Of a stretch of DNA of 64,000 bases, positions 51,745 through 64,000 are shown in pieces. Origin of the DNA: Mantamonas sphyraenae STR306. Its lineage: Eukaryota > Protista > CRuMs. Numbering within the stretch: position 1 is the stretch's first letter; every line of letters starts with the position of its first letter. The position numbers and the translations under genes are program-made. Location of the stretch: contig JAPMXV010000071.1 of assembly GCA_026936335.1 (NCBI GenBank), positions 124,001-188,000 of the forward strand, given 5' to 3'. A model generated the notes under the pieces. That model saw only the letters and a program-made list of their open reading frames with translations. It searched no databases and was not told where the DNA came from.

Positions 51745-53720
51745 ATGCCACAGAGAACACGCACGGTGCTGTTTGAGAGGCCACAGCTGCTTCTGGATTG
51801 GTTTAGCACGGAACAGGAACAACGGGGCGTGAGCCAGGAGGAACTCTTTCTTGATTTGGCTCTGGTGGGCGGTTGCGTGTCACTGTCGTTGTTTGTGGCC
51901 AACAGTGGCGTGACGTGGGAGACAATGGCCCAGTTCACGTTGATATTCTCGCTCATGTGGGCCCACTGGCACGCCATTTCCAACTACTTCACACGCTTCT
52001 CCTGCAACGACATTGCCAGCAAGTCGTTGTTCGGCCTGCACATTCTCGGCGTAACCCTGGTGGCCACCAGTGCCAAGTCGCTGCCAGAGTCAGCCGCCCT
52101 GACCGTCACCAACATTGGTGACGCGCTGGCTTCAACCGGAGCTGGCGCCATGAACCTTCTGGTGTGGCTTTATGTGCCCCGTGCACGCGGTCCTGCACGC
52201 CTCTACGTCATCACCTACTCTCTTTGTATTGTATTCTCCATCAGTGGCACGATTCTCACGCCCACCGTGCCTGCGGCGGCGTGGGTGTTGCAGTTGTGCA
52301 GCGTGATTGCCCTTTCCACGGGCACCCTGCTGCAAGGCCACCTGAGTGACCGCATCCCTGTGCATGTGGAACATATTGCGGAACGCCACGGCTTGTTTGT
52401 GCTGCTTGTGCTTGGCGAAATTGTGCTTGCCATTGTGGTGAGTCCTATCAAGTACGACTCGGCTCACTTTCTGGCGCTCTCCTTTGCGTCCATCATCGCC
52501 TTTGCCCTTCACATGATGTACTTTGACACGCAACCGGACGGTGCGGATACGGACAAGCATGCCATCAATCGCAACCGGCTTGCACGACGAACATACATCT
52601 ACGGCAATTTTCTTTTCACGCTGATGCTGCTCATGCTGGGCTCGGCCATCAAGTTGAACATGAAGCACCTGTACGAACCAGTGACGGTGTATGCGGAGGA
52701 GGAGTGGCTCATGTGCATCTCGTTTGTGCTGAGCGTGGTGGTGCTGTTTGTGGTGCGCAATTCGCACGCGATCGGTATCAACCGCTCCCGTGTGGCCGCT
52801 CCACCTGAGGTCGTGCACGCGCTGGTGGAGAATGGACTGGTGGATCCGGCCCACTTGGAGCGTGCGGTGTTGCGCGATCTGGAGACGCAGAACCACCCGG
52901 AGCTGGTGCACAAAATCGCAAAGTCAGTGCTCGAGCAGAGTCCCATGATGGAAGAGGACTACAACGACACATATGAACACTACGGTGACACAGATAATCA
53001 TGATGATGATGATCATGAGGGTGAGGGGGAGGATGATGAAGAGGAGGAGAGCGAGGCGGACTGCTCCGACGAGGAGTTGCTGAGTGACGACGAAGACGAA
53101 TCAACCACGGGACACAGGAGGATGACAACCTGCAATTGGATGGGGTCGGAAGCCAACGCACAAGCAGCGATCGAGAGGGAGAGGAGATGGAAGAGTTGCA
53201 GCGCATCGATGTCGTGATCACGTCGGCAGACGGGGAGACTCGGCAGCAGCCGCAGGAGCAAGCGGGGACGCAGCAGGGTGCATTGACAGCAGAGACTCAG
53301 CACGAGAAGCGACCCAGTGTGTCTGTGGTGATTGGAGACGGAGGAGTGTTGACAAAGCGGGATGCATCGTCAGCGCCTGAAGCATTGCCAGTGCACGTGA
53401 TGGTGACACAGCGCCACGCACGATTGCACAGCGTGTTCCGTGTGCTCTTCCTTCTCATGGACTCCGTGATGCCTGCCTGGGTGCCGTCGCGTCTGTGGAT
53501 GTTTGCCATTCTGGGCATCCAGTGTTGTCTCATGGTCATCATGGACAGTGCGGTGATCCAGATCGACAAGGAGGCCATGGACATGCAAAAGAAGCAAGCT
53601 GCAGCGCAAGCTGCCATGGCAGCACACGAGGACAATGCTGAGGACAAGAAGAAGGCCAGTGCCGGTGCTGCTGGTGCTGGTGTGACAACGCAGTCGGAGG
53701 CAAAGCAAAAGGTCGGATGA
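51745..53720 (+). CDS. Low-temperature-requirement A (LtrA)-family membrane protein with a long acidic insertion; frameshift near 53110
   Basis: ELFLDL, YFTRF, HIAERHGLFVLLVLGE, about 10 TM helices; the last hydrophobic segments lie in ORF 53136-53720. Confidence 0.85.
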
Positions 53721-54880
53721 GCAGCAGCAGCAGCAGCAGCAGCAACAACGACCAACCTGGCTTGGCTGCCATCCTTGGCCTCGACAATGAACAAACATAC
53801 ACAGTGAGGTTGGGTGACAGTCTCAAACGAGACAAGAAGGATGGTTCGGGTGAAGAACTGGACACCATGTCGTGTAGGTGATGGAATCCCCCGCCGCCCC
53901 TCCCTCCCTCCAGATACCAGCTCACCCATGTCGTCCTCCATGTTGAACCCCATTGGCCTGGTATGCAGACACGTTTGTGCCCAACTCCATGGATATGGAC
54001 CGTCCGGGGGTCATGCTGAACGAGCACGTGCCAGTGGGAGACTCAACCAAGGTTGAGCTTTACCACGCCATTGCCGAAGATGTAGGTGCAGTGTGTTTGC
54101 GTTTCTGTGTCACATGGGTTCATTGACATGTGTCCGGTCTTTCATGGCACCTTTTGTGTGCGTGTACAGAGCCCAATGCCGGGCAAAGCAGTGATGAAGC
54201 ACGAGGCTGTGCGCACACACGCAAACGAAGGCCTGTGTGTGCTGCTACTGGATCCGGAAACCAATGAGCTTCGACTGGAGAGTGTGTACAGTGAGATCAA
54301 AGCCAACAAGATGGTGCCCCTGGCTCGCAATGAGATGTCCCAGGAGCTGAGGCGTGGTTTCCAACTCGCCACCAGCGAGTGGAAGCGCTACCGTTCGTCG
54401 CTGCAGCAGCAGCAACAGCAGCAACAACAGCAACAGCAGCAGGCATCCACCACCCAAGTCACTTCCTCCTCCACATCGACTCCCCCCGCAAGGTCAATCC
54501 CCACACAGAGCTCCGCCAGCAGCACAGAAAGCAAACGCACAGCAGACGACGCCGTTCTCGGTGCTTCCCCGCACGAACAAGCCCCGAAACGCCTCCGCGT
54601 CGAACAAGAGCCACCCAAGGACGACTCATTGTCAAGCAATGACACAGCCAATTCCATGGCAACAGAAAGCCCCGTTGCTGCCGTGGCGGCTGCTGCCGCC
54701 GCAGTGCTACCTGGCGACGACGATGGATCCGATGTGAGTTGCCTCTGTGTGTGTGTTTGTGTGTGTGTGTGTGTAATGCGCGTTCACTGACATTCCACCC
54801 GTGTTCCGGGTTATCCTCTACAGTCGGATTCGTCAACGGATTCGTCAGGGTCGTCGGATTCATCCTCCTCTGGGGTGTGA
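53717..54880 (+). CDS. ELL-associated factor (EAF1/2-like), 4 exons
   Basis: Spliced: [13 protein letters not shown]...YTVRLGDSLKR...DTMS|YTFVPNSMDMDRPG...|...CVLLLDPETNELRLE, the EAF domain pattern; Ser/Asp-rich tail ending TGA 54880; the ATG overlaps the LtrA stop. Confidence 0.78.
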
Positions 54881-54930
54881 GGACCATTCCAATCCCTGTA
54901 CTGTAAAGCGTGTGTTCATTCATGGGTCAT

Positions 54931-55779
54931 TCACCTGTACAAGTCCTCGTGTTCCTCCTCGTCCACCTCTTCCATGCAATCGATGACCTCGGCGGTCCAG
55001 CGATCAATCCTGTTCAGCGTGCGCATGAGGCTGTCCTCACTGACCCCAGCCTTGACAGCAAGGATGTGCAGATCCACCATATCAGATGTGATCCTCTGGT
55101 TGCTTGTCACCCGTGTCTGGCTCTTCTTGCCATTGGTACTGCTGCTCGGTTTGAACTTGGCACTGCCCAGCTCCGTCAGGCCAAATACGCTCACCTTGAC
55201 CGCCTGTTTGCCGGCATGTCCACTCTGTCGCCTCTGCAACGCCCCGTTGGTGCTCGCATCCTTTGTACTGTGTCCTCCCGCGCCTCCGCGTCGGTTGTCT
55301 TTGTAGCGAGCAAACGACTGCTGACCGTTACTTGCCAACGCCCCGCCAATTCCAAAACCTGTGCTCGACACCTGCAGGTCCCTGCTTTCGCTCCCATATG
55401 TTGTACGAGTCGATGCCAACTGTGATGATGTGCCTCGTGTGTACGTGTGTGCCTGACCTCCTGCGCTTTGCCTCGTTCCAGCCCGCCTCGACGTGGAGAT
55501 GCCCGTTGAGCTGCTCCCAATCGCTCCGCGTGACCCGCTGCTGCTTGCCATGACCCCGTACTGCATGGATTGCAGGTGATTTGTACGTCCACTCCTGTTT
55601 TCCTTGCTGCTACGGCTGCTGTGTGTTCTCTTCATCGTACGCGGCTGGGCCAGTTCGTCCAGCCGTTTGCTGATTTTCCTACCCCCGCCTGTGCTGCTCA
55701 CGGGTCGCTTCGACGTGCGCGACGTCGTGGTTGCCGTGTAATGCGTCGTTTCGAACGATCCCCGTTGCCAAAACGACAT
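54931..55779 (-). CDS. Basic Ser/Thr/Gly-rich uncharacterised protein with an SKRLDELAQPR motif
   Basis: Intronless ORF, first ATG 55779; helical acidic C-terminus. Confidence 0.6.
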   Translation of the reverse strand: MSFWQRGSFETTHYTATTTSRTSKRPVSSTGGGRKISKRLDELAQPRTMKRTHSSRSSKENRSGRTNHLQSMQYGVMASSSGSRGAIGSSSTGISTSRRAGTRQSAGGQAHTYTRGTSSQLASTRTTYGSESRDLQVSSTGFGIGGALASNGQQSFARYKDNRRGGAGGHSTKDASTNGALQRRQSGHAGKQAVKVSVFGLTELGSAKFKPSSSTNGKKSQTRVTSNQRITSDMVDLHILAVKAGVSEDSLMRTLNRIDRWTAEVIDCMEEVDEEEHEDLYR

Positions 55780-55872
55780 GTGTAGAGGGCCGCGAGACCA
55801 GACGGAAGGAAAGAGTGGGTTTGGGCCGGCCGTCGCGGCGTCGCCCGCAGCAAAACCATCCCGTGACACCAA

Positions 55873-56954
55873 ATGCTCGATTCATCGTCTTCCGCAAGTG
55901 CCACAGACGGGCTGGCAAAGAATCGCATGGTGCTTGCCGCACTGTTTGCGGTCACCGCGGCCATGGTGGTGTTCTATAGGCCCAATGTTGCGGTGCCAGC
56001 AGACTCGCAAGCGCTGCAACGGGGCCCCGCACATGCCAATGGCCTCGAGGGCGAGGAAGTCGACGACTACCACGACCCCAACGAATCGTTGCAGGAAGAC
56101 AGCGACACAGAGGATGGCAAGAGCGACGAGGAAGGCAAAGGTGAGCGAGGTTTCGGGGTTTCGTGTGTGCGCAGCCCCCAAAAAGTGGGCACGGGGGTCA
56201 CGGACGAGCAGGATGAGTTGCACACGTGCTGACACGCGTGTGGATGACGTTGGATGGCAGAGGGCACAGCAGCAAAGGGCTCGTTGGCAGACAAGGTGAA
56301 TGCAGAGACACACAGCGGTGCAAAGTCTGCATCGGGCAAGAAGGGCAAGAAGCACGCGGGAAAGAAGGGCAAGAAAGGAAAGAAAGGCAAAAAGGGCAGG
56401 GCAAGAAGGGCAAGAAGGCAAAGAAGGGAAAGAAGGGAAAGAAGGCCAGTGGAAAGAGCAAGAACAAGAAGGGCAAAGGCAAGAACAAACGGAAGAGGAA
56501 ACGCAAAACCGGGGACGGAAACCAACCCCAGGGTGCGTCGACAACCACGTCATCCTCCCCTCCGGGCTCCAAGCTGGTGGTGCATGTCAATCAGGGTCTC
56601 AAGAGCATCAACGCCCCTCTGGCAAAGAAGATTGCCACACTGTGTCCGATCAACCATCCGCAAACAAACGTGCAGTGCGTGGTCAACCACAAAGACGCCC
56701 TGTCCGCATGCTTGCAACACCCAGAGTGCACCTCCTTCTTCTGCAAGGGCACCAAGGACAACGTGGGCGCAGAATGTTTCCTCCGCTCCCTGCCATGGAG
56801 CGAAAAGGCTTCGGCACACTTTGCCCCGCATCCGCAGTGCCAACCCGGTTGCACGTCCTACTTCCTCGACGACAAGGCTCAGGCAGACGCCTTTTTCAAG
56901 GATAACATGAAGGGCAAGTACGACGCAAACAAGGTGGAATTCAAGACATTTTGA
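55873..56954 (+). CDS. Signal-anchored/secreted protein with GKK repeats and a Cys-rich PAN/apple-like domain; intron 56141-56260, frameshift near 56398
   Basis: Hydrophobic segment VLAALFAVTAAMVVFY, acidic block, (GKK)n, then ACLQHPECTSFFC...ECFL. Confidence 0.68.
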
Positions 56955-57023
56955 GGGAGGGGAATCTCTGCAAACATGAAAAATCAATTCCTTGTTTCTG
57001 TTCCGCGTGCAGTGTGGACAACC

Positions 57024-59873
57024 TTAGAACAGCGACAGCGACGAGTCGATGTTGGTGTAGGTAAAGGGCTTGAAGGCATGGCCGTCACCGTGGTAAAACT
57101 TGCTCTGGAACTCGACCCAGTGCAAACGCAGGGCGTGCATAAAGGCAGAGCCGGCCTCCATGACCAGGAGCACACCAATGGTGGCCATGGCAAAGAAGAA
57201 GAAGCCGAGGATGATGCCCACAGCCGAGGCCGACGACAGGAACGGGGCCATGACCTTGAACCAGAAGACCTTGCCCAATTCGCTGTGGGCCAACGACAGG
57301 GCCCACAGACGCAGGTACGAGGCAGTGTGCGAGATGCAACCCAGCATAAACTCCACCGCGTGGATAAAGTTGTAGATCATGACCTGGGAAAACACAAACT
57401 CGCCTGCATCCTCACCCTGGGCCACACGGCGCTGGTGTTGGGCCTTGAGGTAGTACGGCTTGACCAGAAGCATCCAGGGCACGCAGACGAGGGCAGTGAG
57501 CAGGAGCACAACGCCAATGGGGCCCTGGCCCGGGTACAGCGAGGTGAACTCGGTCACGGTGCCGGGGCTCATGGCAAAGGCAATGAAGATCTGCAGCAGA
57601 CTCGGGGCCAGGTTGGTGTTGGGGAACGGCGTGCACCACTTGACAAAGATGAGGATCATCAGGTAGCCAAAGAGGGAGTTGAGGAAGAGGAACTGGGGCA
57701 CAAAGCCGGTCCAGAAGTCCAGGGCGCTCTTCTTGTTGAAGGCGTTGTTGGCGCTGAGGATCACGCCAAACACCATCTGGACGACGCCAAACACAATGGA
57801 CACCTTCATCTTGAGGGAGTTGTAGTAGGCCAGTTCGTTGACGGAGCCGTTCCACATGGGGTCGACGCCAAACGGGTAGGTGCGGCTCGGGTCGATGCGT
57901 GTTGCCAGCTGTCCCTCGGCACCGGCCTTCCAGTTGGTTCCCCACCAGTCGATGGGGATGGCAAACGTCTCGTTGTACAGCCAGCCGCAGTACATGGAGA
58001 AGATGGCCATGAGCACGAGCACGTAGCGGCCGGTAAACAGGTTGCCGGTCATCTCGCCCAGCTTCTGCTTGGCCAGCTTCTTCTCGTTGAGCACCAGGTA
58101 CAGAGCCACACACAGGAGCAGCGTGCCGTGGCCGAGGTCACCAAACATGATGCCAAACAGGAACGGGAAGGAGATGCACGTGAACGGCGTCGGGTTCATC
58201 TCACGGTATCCGGCCACGCCGTACGCATCCACAATGACCTGGAAGGCCTTGGTGAACTTGTTGGGCTTGAAGGCCGTGGGCGGCGTCTCGTCCGTCACCA
58301 CCGGGTTCATGATGGAGGGCACAATGCCACCGGAGCGCTGGGTGCCGTTGCGAACGGCCTGGGTGACCTGCTCGCGCTGGCTCAGGGGCACCCAGCCCTC
58401 GCCGATGAGACACTTCTGAGTGACGTCGTAGTTGAACATGTTCATGGTATGGTAGATGGCCTTTTCCTTCTTGACCTTGATGATCCAGGCCTTGAGACCA
58501 TGCGCAATCTGACCAAACAGTTCGTCGCGGGACTCGTCGGTGCGCATCATCACGCCGTTGAGCTCGTCCAGCTGGTTCTCCGTCTCGGCCACCAGTGCCT
58601 GGCGCTCCTCGAAGCTCGACGGACAGTCGTACACCGAGGCGCTGAAGCTGTCGCAGATACGTCGGATCTTGGACTGCAGACGCTCGCCCTGGGAAAAGAT
58701 CATAAAGACGTTCTTGTAGACCTCGTTGCCTGTGGCGCTGTCGAACGAGGGCTCCTCAATCTCGGCCGTCTTGACAAAGAGGTTGCCTCGTGTGGCACGC
58801 CACAGCACGCGTTCAAACACCTGCATGCGCTTGCGCTCAATGACACCGGTGACAAAGCCAAAGCCCACGGCACCCACGCCGGTGGCCTCTGTCTCGGGTG
58901 CCTCCTCATCAGCAAGCAGGGGTCGATCCAGCTGCGACAGTTCGGTCTACCAGTGTGAGTGGTTTCGGTGTGGGCCAAATTCGTCCGCGTGAGTGAGGAG
59001 CTCGATAGAAACACCGACGGCTCCCCATGGAGTGGCACCAATCGGAGGGGGGGGTGACCGAACAACGGCTACGTGCGGTGGTGGTGGGGTGATGTGGGTG
59101 AGAGCCACTTACGCCTTCGTTCGAGCCTGTGCCGTACACGCTGGCTGCTGCGGCATCATGCTCCTGCTGATCGTGGTAAGCCTCGTTGAAAAACTGAGCG
59201 GCACGCTGGAGCACAAAGCGGGTCTCCTCGGCGGCGGTCTGCTGGCGACGCAGCTTCTCGCGGTTGGTGTTCATCTCGCGCACTTCGGCCTCGTACGTCT
59301 CCAGTTGGGACTGTGTGTGGCATGGGCAGCACAATGGTGGTTGGGATACGATGGCCGAGTGGATTGTACATGCGTGGGTGTGGGTGTGGGTGTGGGTGGG
59401 TGTGAGTAAAACGGAGTGTGTGGGAAAGAAGCAAGAGGGGAAATGCACAGAGGGAGGGAGGCTTTTCCTGCCGAACAAAAAGCCACGTACCTCAAGGTCG
59501 TCCATGTCCAGATCCTCAGGCGGCATGTTGCCGACGCGGTCGCGCCAGTTGCCGCCAATGTTGGCGTTGGTGGCCATGAGACGCTCGTTGTCAGCGCGGT
59601 GGAGCTGCTCCTTGAGGTAGCGCAATTTGCGCTCCATCTCGTCGCAGCGCTTCACTTCGTTGACAAAGTTGCGCTGGAAAGCGTTGACGCCCGGGTTGAG
59701 CTGCACAACGTGGCATATGGTCAAGCAGGGGCATCCAGTGCGGGTGCCACGTGGGAGCGGTGTGAGCAACGTGCTGCCAGCCATGGTGCGGCGTCGGAAA
59801 GGCGCTGGAGGGGAAAAAGGGCGAGCTCGCGTGGACGAAGCCCGACCAGTTGACACAGCCAGTGAAGAGCACA

Positions 59874-59915
<42 letters not shown>

Positions 59916-60103
59916 TCTCTGCGCGGTCAACTTACGTCCTTAAACTCAACGACGCCCAGCTCTCCGAGCTCGTCCAGGGTGTCGTGCACAGCCTCGGCCT
60001 GGATGATGAACTGGATGAGCTGCATCGGCTCCGAGCGAAAGATACCCTCGGAGTCCAGGTCGGCCGGCACATAGTCCATGCCCGCGGGAAGGTCAGCAGA
60101 CAT
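57024..60103 (-). CDS. V-type proton ATPase V0 subunit a; exons 60103-59936, 59700-59491, 59310-59113, 58946-57024
   Basis: IFRSEPM, FKDLN...FQRNFVNEVKRCDEMERKL, FERVLWRATRGN, MFGDLGHG, NSLKMK, SHTASYLRLWALSLAH, LRLHWVEFQSKFY. Confidence 0.97.
59875..59912. repeat. (CA)n microsatellite in V-ATPase a intron 1
   Basis: Direct inspection. Confidence 0.9.
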
Positions 60104-60180
60104 GTTTCTGGTTTGGGTTTCTTGGAATGGGTTGGATCGAGCGGAGCGGCACTCGGGCCAACCAACCGGCGGCTGGCGCA

Positions 60181-63100
60181 ATGAGCTTTTGGAAGGGCAC
60201 AGGGTCGTCGTCGTCGTCATCGTCGTCATCATCATCATCATCATCATCATCGTCATCGTCATCAGCATCGCCGGCGGCGGCGTTTCTGAACAGCAGCACG
60301 TCGTCGTTGACGGACATGTGGGCGTCGGTGGGCAAGACGAAAATCAACAATCCTTTCAAGCGGGCCACAGCCAAGGAGGAAGAGGAGGAGGAGACGGCTG
60401 CACACGACGAGATGGCCATGCGAGCGGGGATCAGTGGCACTGGAAGCCCCGCCACAGTCGCAGGGGCCGCGGCGGGCGAGCGACAAGGTGAGCGATTTCC
60501 CTCGGCGAGTTGGAGCAAATGGGGTCCTCAGTTGAGAGGCTGACACAGAGAACACATGTGCACATACACACGCACACACACACACACACACACACATACC
60601 CACGGCCGCATGTGTAGACGATGGGATGGGTTACGAGGGACGAGCACGCCCACGTGCGCTGTCGGAGGAGGAGACGCTGCACGAGATGGCACTGAGCACG
60701 GCGGCACACGACGCGAGCTCGTTTACAGGGGCGCGGCAGGGCGAGAATGGACAGGATATTGGACATGACGAGGCTGGGGCAAGCTCGGGTACAATGGCAG
60801 CCGGGGGCAAGAGCAACAGGACACACGAGGTGTCTGGGGCTGAAGGCGAGCCGGTTGACAAGGCAGCCGTGGACGTGGATCGGAGCGACGTGACTGCGCT
60901 GGAGGCGCTGAGCGAAGAGGACCTCGGCACTGTGATTGGCATGGAGTGAGTAGCACAAAGGGGATGGAGAGGGGACACAGAGATGCAAGAGCGTGCACAC
61001 AGACACATCCACTGACACAAGAGATGGCGTGCGGAGCACAGCTTTTTCGCCAAAGAGGGCTTTGATCCGCTGGAGTGGATGTTCAAAGGCGACAAACTTG
61101 CACCGGAGGTGGTGCAGGACGACGACAAACTGGCCGAGGAGCTGGCACAGCGCGAAATCTACCTCAAGGCGGTCAACAATGTGCTGTCGGAGCGTGTGAT
61201 GAGCTCGTACAGCTCGTTCGGTAAGTTGGACCCACAGAGAGACGTAGGCGTCGTGCACCCCCTGCGCACACCATGCTGACGGGGCAACCATGTTTTGCAT
61301 GCACACACATACACACACACACAAACACACGCACAGTTCAAGGGATGGCACAGGTGCGGGAACTGGGAGATATTCTGCGGTACGCACGTGTGCTTGCCTC
61401 CAACTCGCGCAGTCATCTGCGCACAACGGACCAGGAGCTGACGAGCAACGGTCTTCTGGTGGCACGCAAGACCAAAAAGAAGGAGGTGTTTACAGAGGTG
61501 GTGGATCGCCTGACACGCATCCAGGAGCTCATGGAGACAAGCGAGGAACTGAGTGCGGCGTTGTCGGACGCAGACTATCCCAAAGCCATCCAGCTGTGTC
61601 TGGCAAGCCGCGAGTCGTTCACTCTGTTCAAACAGTACGAGAGCGTGCGTGACCTGATCGACAGCGTGCAACAACGGTACAACCTTATCGAAGAACGCAT
61701 GAAACAGACGCTGCAGCAGCTCTGCACTGCATTTGACGCCTCCAGCTACCAACGCATCCTGGAGGCGTACCGTTTGATTGGCAAGGCCCATTTGGTGCCT
61801 GTTATTCTGCAGGCGAGCTACACAGAGGCCATCACGAGGACCACGCACGACATTGCGCGTACACACGCGATGATGAGCATCATTTCCGCAGGATGGCAGC
61901 CGGAAGACATTGCACGTATGCCGTTCAAGGACGTGTGTGCACACGTGCCGCTGCAATCGTTCCAGGAATGCCTGCGCAGCGTCCTGGAAGGGGTGTACGC
62001 AATCATGCGCAACTACTACCTGATGTACGAGTGGATTGGCGAGGCGGCGCGTGGTCACACGGCCGAGTCGCAGTATGGATCGGGTGTGAAGGATCTGTCG
62101 CAGGTATTGTCGCGCTTCCGAAGCGATTGGTGGCAACATATCCAGCACGAGTTGGCTGTGATTGTGCAGGCGCCAAACCTGGCACAGTTCCAGGAGGACG
62201 ACTTTGTCACCGTGTTCCACGCCATCAATCGCTTCCGCACCATTGGCGAACAGTTCAGTGGCAGCGACAGCAGCGTGTTGCAAGAGGCCATCCGGGCAAA
62301 GGCAGCCTCGTACTTTGCCGACTTTCACACGCAGCGCCTGGAGGACGCACGTGCCATGCTGGCCAGCGAGATGTGGCACGCCATGCCCATGCCTGCTGGG
62401 TGGGAGCTGAGTGACGTCAAGGAGCTCAAGCCCTTTGTGGTGCCGCAGCGCACGCGACGCACGCGCAACGCCTTTGCCACCTCCTTCATGTCCAACTTTG
62501 AGACGTCGCCCAGTGCGTCGCCATCACGCAGCGCAGGTTCACCGGCGTCGATGGACACAGACATGCAACTGGACGGCAACGGTGGCTTGAGTGCAGCGGA
62601 CCAGGCGGCACAGGATGTGGAAGGGATGGCAAAGCTGTTTGCACGCGACCACAACCCATTTGAGACCTCTTTGGTGGGCGACGACAGTACAGTGGACGCG
62701 CAGGATGCCTTGGACGGCAGCGAAGGCGATGCTACGTCGGATGCGCTGGATGAGACCAGCGGGAGTGCGGCGGAGGACGAAGACGACATCAACACGGAAC
62801 TGCTGGCCGACTTTATCGACGAAGAGGCTGAGGCTGGTAAGGGGTCGTCGGGGCGAGGAGGTGGTGCTGGTGGAAGCATGTCATCTTCGTCGTCGAGCAA
62901 GAGGAACGATGACGACGGAATGCAGTTTGACGAGTCCGGCGGCGAGGGGCCCATTGTGACGGCGACGACGATCAACATGCTGCGATTTGTGGGCAAGTAT
63001 ATCCACATGATGGAGATCCTGCAACCTGTGGCTGAGGAGGTGTTTACGAGCCTGGGTCAGCTGTTTGACATGTACCTGTTCACGGTGTTTCGCATCTTTG

Positions 63101-64000
63101 CACGCAGTGGTACGGGCGACGGCGCAGACACAGGCGACGGCGGCTCGGGCGATGCATCTAACGACGAATCCGGGTCTGGGTCCGGGTCGGGAGGGGCGTA
63201 TGGCGAGCTGCTTTCGCTGGCGCCGCTGTCGCCAGAACTGCGTGCCACACTGACGCGTGTGCGCGACCAGAGCTTCCGCCAGCGTGTGGATGATTCGTTT
63301 TCGCCCCTCAACGACGAGCTGGGAGACGAGGGCACGCTGTACGGCCTGTCGTTCCGCGTGACAGCTACGGAATCGCTGAACTTTCTGGTGGACGTGTTTC
63401 ACAGTGTGCAACCCGCGCTGGAGGCGCGACTGCCGGCGGGTGAGGAGAACGTGGAGCTGCAACGGCTGCAACAGACAATGGGACTGGTGCCGGAGCTGCG
63501 GGAGCTGATTTACAGCACGGCAACAGCGGGATACTTGCAGCTGGAACCGCTGGTGCAGATGATTGCCAATGTCAACTTTAACATCAAAGAGCTGGACAGT
63601 GAGAGCTCGTACGTGGCACCGACGGTGCGGCAGCTGGGTGAGGTGAACACCAAGCTGGCAGCGCAGCTGATTGGGTTCAAGGCAAGCATCAAGGGCCTGA
63701 TTTGGGAGCACGTGTGCATGCACTTGATGCAAAACGTGCTGGAGGGCTTTGGACGTGTGAAAAAGTGCACCAACGAGGGTCGTGCGCTGATGTCGCTCGA
63801 TTTTCAGACGATTTGTGCGGCGGTGCAGAAGTATGTGGAGAAGCGACCGTTGCCCGGGGCACCGCTTGTGGACGACTACATCAAGGGGTACTACCAGCCG
63901 GAGGAGCAAGTGTTTCTGTGGTGCAAAGAGCACAGTACCGTGTACACGCTGCAGCAGCTGACCAACCTTGTACAGTGCGGCGTGGGGCAGCAGATGAAGC
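60181..64000 (+). CDS. VPS50: Syndetin/VPS50 (EARP complex subunit), 3 introns, 3'-truncated by the window edge
   Basis: Vps54_N-like YSSFVQGMAQVREL; TINMLRFVGKYIHMM..L.PVA, LFDMYLFTV; C-terminal LEGFGRVKKCTNEGRALMSLDFQ. Confidence 0.9.

Overview
This is nuclear DNA from a very gene-dense, GC-rich unicellular eukaryote; the lineage cannot be fixed from this window. About 30 protein-coding genes fit in 64 kb, with short GT-AG spliceosomal introns (donors GTGAGT/GTACGT/GTGCGT/GTAAGT/GTAGGT, CTGAC-like branch points, CAG acceptors, CA/GT/GA microsatellites). Recognisable genes: HAD hydrolase, mitochondrial GluRS, RING/TRAF-zinc-finger protein, CENP-I/Mis6, alpha-kinase, UBXN7-like, HYPK, PCCA, SelM/SelF-like, BAP31-like, Gemin5, TMEM145/GPR180, PKD2, CYB5RL, CSN5, a tandem-SCP2 protein, a Ufd4/TRIP12-like HECT E3, SCPx thiolase, LtrA, EAF, V-ATPase subunit a and VPS50. 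I found no rRNA, tRNA, CRISPR or transposon. Main points of interest: (1) operon-like packing, with same-strand stop/start overlaps (ATGA at LtrA/EAF, TGATG between two giant ORFs), spacers of 28-75 nt and overlapping convergent CDSs; (2) a ~10 kb intronless orphan ORF pair with recurring motifs; (3) a UBR-box zinc finger inside a Ufd4/TRIP12-type HECT ligase; (4) a near-identical ~480 bp SCP2-domain duplication shared by two genes 9.2 kb apart; (5) eight clear and two possible single-base frameshifts, most likely long-read consensus errors. All family calls come from motif recognition by eye, not from database searches.
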